DNA from: Anaerolineales bacterium
GTDB lineage: Bacteria > Chloroflexota > Anaerolineae > Anaerolineales > UBA11579
Direction of reading: 5' to 3'
Assembly: GCA_025808555.1 (NCBI GenBank)
Contig: CP075526.1
Coordinates: 696,712 to 760,711 of the forward strand
DNA length: 64,000 nt
Below the pieces are notes generated by a model. The model did not search any database, was not told the origin of the DNA, and was given only the letters and a program-made list of their open reading frames with translations. Below are positions 54,674 to 63,252 of this stretch, piece after piece. Each line of letters opens with the position of its first letter. Within the stretch, counting starts at the first letter, position 1. The translations under genes were made by a program, and so were the position numbers.

Positions 54674-57600
54674 ATGACGATTGTTCTCACTAAAGTGCGG
54701 GCCCCGCAGCGGCGCAAAGACGTTTTGCGCCGCGTGCGGCTGGTGGATACGCTGCACCAGAACCTGCACCGCAAACTGACCTTTGTTTCGGCCCCCGCCG
54801 GCTACGGCAAAACCACCCTGCTGGTGGATTTTGCCGCGGATGTGGACGCCCACGTATGCTGGTACCGCATCGGGCCTGAGGATGGCGACCTGGTGCAGTT
54901 CGCCCAGCACATCGTAGCGGCCTTCCAGCAGGAGTTCCCCGGCTTCGGCAAAGCGCTCGAAGAGCGTCTGAACACCCCCGGAGCGCGGCCAGACGCCCCC
55001 AGCATTGCCACCGAGATCATCAATGCTGTGCAGGAACAGGTGCCGGATTTCAGCGTACTGGTGCTGGACGATTACCACCTGGCGGGCGAGAACCAGCAGA
55101 TCGTCGATCTTCTCGAGAACCTGCTTGAGCATTTGCCAGACCATCTGCGCATCCTGATCGGCTCGCGCAGCGTATACGGCATCCCGGCCGCCAGCTTGTA
55201 TATCCGTGACGAACTGGTCACCATCAGCGCGGATGAGCTGCGCTTCCGCGCCGATGAGCTGCAAAAGCTGGTGCTGCAGAACTACCGCATGCGCCTCTCG
55301 CAAGAAGAAGCCGAAGAGCTGGCCAAGCGGGCCGATGGCTGGATCGTGGCCCTATTGCTGGCCGTGCGCGCCATGAGCACCGGCGGCCTGCCGCGCTTCC
55401 TGGGCAATACCGAGCAGATCTATACCTACCTGGCTGAAGAAGTGGTCAGCCAGCAAAGCGAGGACCTGCGCGAGTTCATGCTGGGCGCCTCGATCTTTAG
55501 CGACTTTGCAGAAGCCCAGTGCAATTATGTGATGCGGCGTGAAGACTCGGGTGATATGCTGCGCGCCCTCGAGGAGCGCAACCTGTTCGTCAGCCGCACC
55601 GAAACGCGTGAAGGCAGCAGCTATCGCTTTCACCAGCTGTTCTCAGAATTCCTGCAGGATTATTTTGCCCGCCATAACCCCGCCCTGCTGGGCAGCCTGC
55701 ACGCCCGCGCCGCCGATTGGCACTTCCAACGCCGGGAGTGGGAGAACGCCGTCCAGCACAAGTTCGCCTCAGGCGAAGTGCAGGCTGCCGCGGCGTGGAT
55801 GGATTCCGCCGCTGAACATTTCTACACCACTGGCCGCCAGGCCCTGCTGGCGCGCTGGCTGGAAGACCTAGATAAGACGCCCGGCCTGCGCCAGCACGCG
55901 CCGCGCCTGATCCTGTACCAGGCCAAGTCACTGGGCAACCAAAGCCAGTTTGAAGCATGCCTCAAGCTGCTGGCCCAGGCCGAACCGATCCTGAAACAGC
56001 GCGGCGACGCCGAGTTGCTGGCCAATGCCTTTATCACCCGCGGCATGGTGTATCGCTTTACCGGCAAGCCCAAAGACGCGATAGACCTGGCCGAATCCGC
56101 GCAGGAGCTGCTGGCCGGTGAACTCAAGAACAGCCTGCAGTGGTACCAGGCAGAACGTTTGCGCGGCGTAGCGCTGCATCTGCTAGGTAAAACCGAAACT
56201 GGAATCGAACACATCAACATGGCAGTAGCGGGCTTACGCCAGCTGGCCGAGAAGACCTCTGAAACCATGCGCCCGGTCTATCTCTTCGACCTGGCGGAAT
56301 GCCTCAATGACCTTGGACTGATCCATATCACCAGCGGGCAAATGCTCAGCGCCCAACAAGCCTTCGAGGAAGTGTTGGATATCCATGTCAGCATCCGAAG
56401 CAATCTGGGCGCCCTGGCTTCTGCTCGCAACAACATTGCCTACTTGCAACACCAGATCGGGCAACACCAGGCCTCATGGAAGCAGTACACCCAAGCACTT
56501 GCCTATGTGAAGGCCTCAGGCAGCGCGCGCGTACATATTGGCATCCTTAGCGGCCAGGGGGCTTTGTTGCTGGACGCAGGGGACCCGCTTGAAGCCCGGG
56601 TCTGCTTGCTGGCTGCGGTGGAAGTGGGTGAAGCCACAGGCGAGCTGCAGGAGCTGGTGCCAGTCTACGTAAGCATGGCGCGGGTCACCAGCGCCCTGGG
56701 CGACTACAACGAAGCCATGGCGTGGCTACGCAAAGCCGCCAGCCAGGCCGGCTCACGCTTCAGCCGCGCCGAGTATGCCCTGCACATGGGCTGGACCTAT
56801 GCCAATATGCAGCAGCACGACCTGGCGCTGCAGCAGCTTGAGCTCGCCATGCAGAACTGGGGCGAGCAACCCCAGCAGGACCAGGTAACCGCTGCCTTCC
56901 TGCGCGCCTGCATTCTGTACGCCCAGGGCGAGGAAGCCGAGGCCGACCCGTTGTTGGCCTTGGCGCTGGAGGGTGCAGCGCGGCTGGGCTATCAGCAATT
57001 CCTCATTCCGCTGGCGCGGGATTGGCAAAACGCTCTGGGGCGCGCCCAGGCCAAATCTCCATCGCCCCAACTGGCGGACATCCTGGAGCAAGCCAGCCGC
57101 CCCAATTTCACCCGCAGCATGCTCGAAGGGACAGAAGAGGGAGCCACGACAGAACCGCAGCAGCTGGAAGTGCATACGCTGGGCGGCTCTGAGATCCGCC
57201 GCAATGGCGAAGTGCTGCCGGTCACGATCTGGCGCTCCACACGCGCCCGCTCACTCTTCATTTACATACTGGATCGCGGCCGGGTACGCAAGGATGCGAT
57301 CGGCATCCACTTCTGGCCTGATTTCAGCCCCGGGAAGGTGAGCAGCAATTTCCACGCCACCCTGTGGCGCGTGCGCCAGGCGCTGGGCTTCAAAGACTCG
57401 ATCGTCTTTGAAGATGAGCACTACTCGCTGCACCCCAGCATCCAAACCTGGTATGACGCCGCAGAGTTCGAGAACTACATGCGCATGGCCACCACCGCCG
57501 GGCTGGAGGAAGCCGAGCCAGCTGAGCAAGCCGAGATGCTGCGCCAGGCGCTACGCTTGTACCGCGGGCCTTATTTGGAAGATGTATATATGGAGTGGGC

Positions 57601-57901
57601 CGACGAACGCCGCGAGGAGCTGCGCAGCCTGTACCTGGGCGGGTTGGAACTGCTGGGCGATATTGAGGTCAGGGCCAAACGCTTCCGTGAGGCTCGTGAG
57701 ATCTATGAGCGCATCGTAGCCAGCGACCCCTACCGTGATGAAGCCCATCTGGCCCTCATGAAGAGCATGGCCGATTCAGGGGCTACATCTGCTGCCATCC
57801 TGCACTACAAGGAATACCAGAAACTACTACGCAAGGAGCTGAACGCCGAGCCGATCGAGGCTCTGAAAACCTACTACCAGCAGCTGACCATTAGTGTCTA
57901 G
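54674..57901 (+). CDS. STAND-type regulator: MalT-like ATPase + TPR region + C-terminal SARP (wHTH + BTAD) module
   Basis: LTKVRAPQRRKDVLRRVRL and Walker A FVSAPAGYGKTTLL, with Walker B VLVLDDYH. A long helical-repeat middle follows. The C-terminus is LEVHTLGGSEIRRNGEVL...RSLFIYIL...ALRLYRGPYLEDVY..W....R..L...Y. Confidence 0.8.
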   Translation: MTIVLTKVRAPQRRKDVLRRVRLVDTLHQNLHRKLTFVSAPAGYGKTTLLVDFAADVDAHVCWYRIGPEDGDLVQFAQHIVAAFQQEFPGFGKALEERLNTPGARPDAPSIATEIINAVQEQVPDFSVLVLDDYHLAGENQQIVDLLENLLEHLPDHLRILIGSRSVYGIPAASLYIRDELVTISADELRFRADELQKLVLQNYRMRLSQEEAEELAKRADGWIVALLLAVRAMSTGGLPRFLGNTEQIYTYLAEEVVSQQSEDLREFMLGASIFSDFAEAQCNYVMRREDSGDMLRALEERNLFVSRTETREGSSYRFHQLFSEFLQDYFARHNPALLGSLHARAADWHFQRREWENAVQHKFASGEVQAAAAWMDSAAEHFYTTGRQALLARWLEDLDKTPGLRQHAPRLILYQAKSLGNQSQFEACLKLLAQAEPILKQRGDAELLANAFITRGMVYRFTGKPKDAIDLAESAQELLAGELKNSLQWYQAERLRGVALHLLGKTETGIEHINMAVAGLRQLAEKTSETMRPVYLFDLAECLNDLGLIHITSGQMLSAQQAFEEVLDIHVSIRSNLGALASARNNIAYLQHQIGQHQASWKQYTQALAYVKASGSARVHIGILSGQGALLLDAGDPLEARVCLLAAVEVGEATGELQELVPVYVSMARVTSALGDYNEAMAWLRKAASQAGSRFSRAEYALHMGWTYANMQQHDLALQQLELAMQNWGEQPQQDQVTAAFLRACILYAQGEEAEADPLLALALEGAARLGYQQFLIPLARDWQNALGRAQAKSPSPQLADILEQASRPNFTRSMLEGTEEGATTEPQQLEVHTLGGSEIRRNGEVLPVTIWRSTRARSLFIYILDRGRVRKDAIGIHFWPDFSPGKVSSNFHATLWRVRQALGFKDSIVFEDEHYSLHPSIQTWYDAAEFENYMRMATTAGLEEAEPAEQAEMLRQALRLYRGPYLEDVYMEWADERREELRSLYLGGLELLGDIEVRAKRFREAREIYERIVASDPYRDEAHLALMKSMADSGATSAAILHYKEYQKLLRKELNAEPIEALKTYYQQLTISV

Positions 57902-57994
57902 GCAAGGAAATTGCATCTTACAAGCAAGAAATTACGGGAAAAGCTACTCGATTTGGGTGGCTTTTTTTGACCCATGCTCATAGCTGCGTTCATA

Positions 57995-58016
57995 GGCCGC
58001 TTTATACAATGCGGCC
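57995..58016. promoter_or_regulatory. palindrome GGCCGC-N10-GCGGCC spanning a TACAAT box upstream of the repeat-peptide gene
   Basis: GGCCGCtttatacaatGCGGCC. TACAAT is at 58005-58010, about 40 nt before ATG 58051, in an unusually AT-rich spacer. Confidence 0.35.
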
Positions 58017-58050
58017 AATCTAATCAAAAAGAAATAGGAGATTTACAAAC

Positions 58051-58248
58051 ATGACCAAGAAATTTGCTTTCGCTCATCCCGTCGGCGGTGGTATCGGCAC
58101 CGCCCCCCAAAGCAACCATCCTGTTGGCGGCGGCATCGGCACTGGCCCCGGCCTGTCCCACCACCCCGTCGGCGGCGGTATCGGCACCGCTCCCCAAGGC
58201 AACCATCCTGTTGGCGGCGGCATCGGCACTGGCCCCACCACTCTGTAA
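58051..58248 (+). CDS. 65-aa repeat peptide, 4 x HPVGGGIGT(A/G)P units, unknown family
   Basis: AGGAG at 58036-58040 lies 10 nt before the ATG. It is on the same strand as its neighbours, has GC-rich third positions, and the substitutions between repeat cores are mostly synonymous. Confidence 0.6.
   Translation: MTKKFAFAHPVGGGIGTAPQSNHPVGGGIGTGPGLSHHPVGGGIGTAPQGNHPVGGGIGTGPTTL
58075..58245 (+). repeat. A-B-A'-B' tandem coding repeat (42/45/42/42 nt)
   Basis: Units are at 58075-58116, 58117-58161, 58162-58203 and 58204-58245. B and B' share an identical 33-nt run, CATCCTGTTGGCGGCGGCATCGGCACTGGCCCC. Confidence 0.9.
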
Positions 58249-58299
58249 ATTTGTAACCACCTTAATCGAACTAACAGTACTCGCCTTAGGAGACCTACA

Positions 58300-58515
58300 A
58301 TGTCCAAGCTGAAACTGAACGCTATCGCAACTCTCGCTTTGGTAGACCAGGATTTCAAAGCTGCTGTTCTGAGCGGCCGTCTGCAGGAAAAGTTGGGCGC
58401 CTTCCAGCTGAACGAGGAAGAAATGCGCGCCATCACGGCCATCCAGGCGATGGATCTGGACCAGTTCATGCGCCGCCTCGGCTCGCTGATCCAGACCTCG
58501 GCGGCTGTACACTAA
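58300..58515 (+). CDS. 71-aa helical protein resembling NHLP/Nif11-type leader-like proteins
   Basis: AGGAG at 58288-58292 lies 7 nt before the ATG. LNAIATLALVDQDFKAAVLSGRLQEKLGAFQLNEEEMRAITAIQAMDLDQFMRRL fits my recollection of the NHLP-clan pattern, which I have not verified. Confidence 0.6.
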   Translation: MSKLKLNAIATLALVDQDFKAAVLSGRLQEKLGAFQLNEEEMRAITAIQAMDLDQFMRRLGSLIQTSAAVH

Positions 58516-58609
58516 GAAGCTCTAGCATTACTTTGGGATAGCTGCCCTACTCCCGGCAGCAAGCACCGTTCCCTTAACATGACGCATGCCCGCAAGATGA
58601 GCAGCGCTT

Positions 58610-61600
58610 ATGGGTATTGAGACAATGCTGCTGGCTTCCTTCAAAGACTCACCCTCGCGTCAAAACGCTCCGGACGCGGATTCTTTGCGCAACCTGAGCA
58701 AGGTCAAAGCGCTGGTTGAGCACAGCGCCGACGCGGTCCTCATCCTGCATCCGGAGAGCGGCAAGATCCTGGTAGCCAACCAGAGCGCCCTGCTGCTGTT
58801 CGAGGCCGACGAGGGAGCGCTGTACGGGCTCACCTTCAACCAATTGAGCGCAACCAAGAACGCGCCCAAAACCTCGCCGTTGGACCGCTATGCGGATTAT
58901 GTGCAGCGCGTACGGGCCGGCGAATCCCCAGAGTTTGAATGGCAGGGGCGCACTCCCAGCGGCAAGCAGATCTCCGGCAAGGCGCAGATGTCAACTTTGC
59001 CTGTAAAGGATGCGGAGTTCATCCGTATTCATATTTCGCACCCCGAAGTCGAAGCCGCCAGCTGGGTTGAGGACAGCCAGCATGTTGATGAGCTGGCAGC
59101 CCTGGCACTGACTGGCGCCAGCATTGCCTCCAGCCTGGATATTGACAAAGTGATGGAAGTGGTCGGCAAGCAGCTGGCCACCCTGCTCGAGGCCAACACC
59201 TTCATAGCCTACGACTGGCTGGCCAACAGCAAAGACCTGCGCATGCGCCATAGTTACACTATGGCACGCAGCCAGCCGAAACCGGTTGCGCCCCATTTGG
59301 ATGTCAGCAACGTGCTGGAGTTGGGCCGCCCGGTGCAAAAACAGATCGACGCCAGCACCACTACGGCCGCTGAAAAGAAGGCCATGAAGTCTGCCGGGGC
59401 GACGACCGTGCTTATATTGCCACTCATTGCGCAGAGCAAGACCATCGGCCTGGCCGAATTGCAAGACAAGCGCGAGGGCCACACCTTCAGCAGCCGCGAG
59501 ATCTATTTGGCGCAGACCCTGTGCCACCAGGCCGCCGTCGCCATTGAAAATGCCCGTCTGTTCCAGGCCACTCGCCGCCAGCTGCAGGAGTTGACCATTT
59601 TGCAGCAAGTGGCCAACGCCACCACCGAGGCCAACAGCGTGGACGAGCTGATCGAGAGCGCCACCCAGTTGATCCGCCACAGCATTTACTCGGATAACTT
59701 CGGCATCATTCTATTGGGTGAAGACGGGCAACTGCACATTCATCCCTCCTACGAATCGGCCCCCGAGGTTGCCAGTAAGCCCATCCCGCTGGGCCAGGGC
59801 GTCACCGGCCGCGTAGCCCAGTCCGGCAAACCCATGCGCATCGCCGACACGCGCCAGGAAGCCAATTACCTGGACTACGACCAGCAAACCCTTTCCGAGC
59901 TGTGCGTGCCGATGAAGATCGGCGAGCGTGTAATTGGCATCATCAACACGGAAAGCCGCGAGCTCAACCACTTCACCGAAGACGACGAGCGCCTGCTGCT
60001 CACGCTGGCCGGCCAGCTGGCCACCGGCATCGAGCGCCTGCGCAACGCAGCCGCCGAAGGCCGCCGCACGCATCAACTGGCAGTTCTCAATGAGCTCACC
60101 AGCCGCATGAGCGGCGTGCTGGAGCGCGACAAACTGTTCCAGATCATTGTCGAGTGCCTGCACCGCCGCATGGGCTACTACTCCACCGACATCTCCCGCG
60201 TGGATGATGACACCCAGTCCTACATCGTGGAGGCTGTGGCCGGCGGCTTTGAACTCGTGGCCGAGCGCCAGGGCTACACCCAGCCTTTCGGGCTGGGCCT
60301 GCTGGGGTTGGCTGCCCGCACAGGCGAAATAGTTCACACCAACAATGCCAGCGCCCATCCGAACTTCTTCATGGTGGAAGGCTTTGCCAGGATCCAATCA
60401 GAGATTGTCATCCCGATCAAGATCTACAACAAGGTGTATGCCTTGCTGAACATTGAAAGCCAGCAAGCCAACGCGTTTGACGATTACGAGATCGCCGCCC
60501 TATCCACGCTGGGGGATCAGATCTCCATGTTCCTGGAGAGCGTGCATCTGTTCGAGTCGACCAAGCGCCAGCTTCAGGAGCTCACCGTGCTGCACGCCAT
60601 CACCCAGGCGGCGGTTAATGCCCGCACCCAGGATGAGCTGATCGAGCGCGCCACCGAGATCATCGGCGCCAGCTTGTATACAGACAAATTTGGCTTCCTC
60701 ACCATGCACCCGGATGGCGATAAGCTGATCGTACATCCATCCTATAGAGGTATCACTCCGCAGGATCTGTCTCGAATGGTGACGCTGTCCGAAGGCGTGA
60801 CCGGCCGCGTGGCGGCCACCGGCAAAGCCTGGCGTGTGCCGGATGTGCGCAAGGAGCCCAGCTACATGCGCATCAACCCCAACATGCGCTCTGAGCTGTG
60901 CGTGCCCATCCTCGGCAACGGCAACCGCGTGCTGGGCGTGATCAACGCCGAGAGCATACGCGTGAACGCGTTCACCGACTCGGACCTGCGCCTGCTCAGC
61001 ACGATCGCCGGCCAGATCGGCACGGCCATTGAGAAGCTGCACTTGTTGCAATCCGAGCGCTTCCAGCGCAGCCAGGCCGAGACCCTGCGCGAGGTGGCCG
61101 CCATCCTGGGCTCCGCCGCAGACCGGGCCAGCGTGCTGGATCTGATCCTCGAGCAGCTCAAGCGCGTCGTGCCGTTCGACAGCGCGTCAGTTCAGCTGGT
61201 GCGCGGTGAAAACCTGATCGTGCACGCGGTGGCGGGCAACTTGGAGTCGGCCGTGGTCGGCCTCGAACTGCCGATCAAAGAAGACAAATTCGCCCACCCG
61301 TTGCTGTTCGAACAGCGCACCGTGCTATATGAAGACATCAGTGACCACCCCGACTGGCTGCAGCTGGAAGGCGCCAGCAATGTGAAATCATGGATCGGTG
61401 CACCGCTGATCGCCCGCGGCGCCTGCATTGGTGTGCTGACCGTGGACGGATACACCGCAAAGCAGTTCTCGCAGGCCGATGCCGACCTGGTGGCCACTTT
61501 CGCCATCCACGCCGGCATTGCGTTGGAGAATGTACGCCTGTTTGAAGAAGCGCAGGACGCCTATCTGCAAACCGTCAGCGCCCTGGCCAGCGCCATTGAC

Positions 61601-62128
61601 GTGCGTGACACCTATACCAGCGGCCACAGCCAGCGCCTGGTGGATATGGCCGTGGAAACCGGCCGCCTGCTGGGCTGCACTCCACAGGAGCTGGTTGACA
61701 TCAAATGGGGCGCCCTGCTGCATGACATTGGAAAGATCGGCGTGCCGGATGAGATCCTGCGAAAGCCCAGCTCACTGGAACAAGCTGAACTAGAAGTGAT
61801 GCGCCAGCACCCTGAGATCGGCGCCCGCATTGTGGAGCCGGTGCGCAACCTGGCCACCGTGGCCCCCATCATCCGTGCCCACCAGGAACGCTATGACGGC
61901 TCGGGCTACCCTGACGGGCTCAAGGGTGATCAGATCCCCAAGATCGCCCGCATCATCAGCGTGGCCGACGCCTATGTGGCCATGACTGACGAGCGTGTGT
62001 ACCGCAAAGCGCGTTCGAAGGAAGAAGCCATCGCCGAGCTTAAGCGCTGCAGCGGTACGCAATTCGACCCGCTGGTGGTTGAGGCGTTCCTGCAGGTGCT
62101 TGACACCTGCAACGGCGACGAAACCTAG
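58610..62128 (+). CDS. PAS + multi-GAF (about five) + HD-GYP domain protein (putative c-di-GMP phosphodiesterase)
   Basis: N-terminal PAS (VEHSADAVLILHPESGKILVANQSA). Repeated GAF blocks each have GVTGRVA..GK..R..D and SELCVP. The C-terminus has HSQRL..., HDIGKIGVPDEIL and HQERYDGSGYPDGL. Confidence 0.85.
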   Translation: MGIETMLLASFKDSPSRQNAPDADSLRNLSKVKALVEHSADAVLILHPESGKILVANQSALLLFEADEGALYGLTFNQLSATKNAPKTSPLDRYADYVQRVRAGESPEFEWQGRTPSGKQISGKAQMSTLPVKDAEFIRIHISHPEVEAASWVEDSQHVDELAALALTGASIASSLDIDKVMEVVGKQLATLLEANTFIAYDWLANSKDLRMRHSYTMARSQPKPVAPHLDVSNVLELGRPVQKQIDASTTTAAEKKAMKSAGATTVLILPLIAQSKTIGLAELQDKREGHTFSSREIYLAQTLCHQAAVAIENARLFQATRRQLQELTILQQVANATTEANSVDELIESATQLIRHSIYSDNFGIILLGEDGQLHIHPSYESAPEVASKPIPLGQGVTGRVAQSGKPMRIADTRQEANYLDYDQQTLSELCVPMKIGERVIGIINTESRELNHFTEDDERLLLTLAGQLATGIERLRNAAAEGRRTHQLAVLNELTSRMSGVLERDKLFQIIVECLHRRMGYYSTDISRVDDDTQSYIVEAVAGGFELVAERQGYTQPFGLGLLGLAARTGEIVHTNNASAHPNFFMVEGFARIQSEIVIPIKIYNKVYALLNIESQQANAFDDYEIAALSTLGDQISMFLESVHLFESTKRQLQELTVLHAITQAAVNARTQDELIERATEIIGASLYTDKFGFLTMHPDGDKLIVHPSYRGITPQDLSRMVTLSEGVTGRVAATGKAWRVPDVRKEPSYMRINPNMRSELCVPILGNGNRVLGVINAESIRVNAFTDSDLRLLSTIAGQIGTAIEKLHLLQSERFQRSQAETLREVAAILGSAADRASVLDLILEQLKRVVPFDSASVQLVRGENLIVHAVAGNLESAVVGLELPIKEDKFAHPLLFEQRTVLYEDISDHPDWLQLEGASNVKSWIGAPLIARGACIGVLTVDGYTAKQFSQADADLVATFAIHAGIALENVRLFEEAQDAYLQTVSALASAIDVRDTYTSGHSQRLVDMAVETGRLLGCTPQELVDIKWGALLHDIGKIGVPDEILRKPSSLEQAELEVMRQHPEIGARIVEPVRNLATVAPIIRAHQERYDGSGYPDGLKGDQIPKIARIISVADAYVAMTDERVYRKARSKEEAIAELKRCSGTQFDPLVVEAFLQVLDTCNGDET

Positions 62129-62131
62129 CCG

Positions 62132-63168
<1,037 letters not shown>

Positions 63169-63172
<4 letters not shown>

Positions 63173-63251
63173 AGATAAACACAGATAGAAGCAGAGATGA
63201 ACTCAGATATATCTGCGTTTATCGCCTTTCAGCATCCGTGTTCATCTGTGG
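63169..63251. repeat. 83-bp hairpin-bounded repeat filling the queA-ruvB spacer
   Basis: CCACAGATAAACAC (63169-63182) is inverted at GTGTTCATCTGTGG (63238-63251) with one mismatch. The terminal motif is shared with 15199-15216. Confidence 0.7.
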
Positions 63252-63252
63252 G

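Noticed and set aside
54548-55303. 252-aa N-terminal extension of the pdp ORF in the track (53243..55303)
   Set aside because: Canonical pyrimidine-nucleoside phosphorylase starts at MRTVDLIIKKRDG (ATG 54547, 434 aa). The extension is antisense to the Walker-A region of the STAND regulator gene.
58075-58245. Tandem repeat considered as a CRISPR array or minisatellite
   Set aside because: The units abut with no spacers, are 42-45 nt and in frame, and have no palindromic repeat core. No cas genes are present. The coding explanation fits better.
58024-58512. 162-aa and 131-aa (58074..58469) minus-strand ORFs across the two small plus-strand genes
   Set aside because: Both would run antisense through two plus-strand ORFs that have strong AGGAG sites and sit in a plus-strand operon context. 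In the codon-aligned antisense frame, the inter-repeat substitutions become first-position (mostly non-synonymous) changes. The shifted frame (PPPTGW repeats) cannot be excluded by substitution pattern alone, and it has a GAGG 6 nt upstream of its start. I flag it as the alternative hypothesis rather than calling it.
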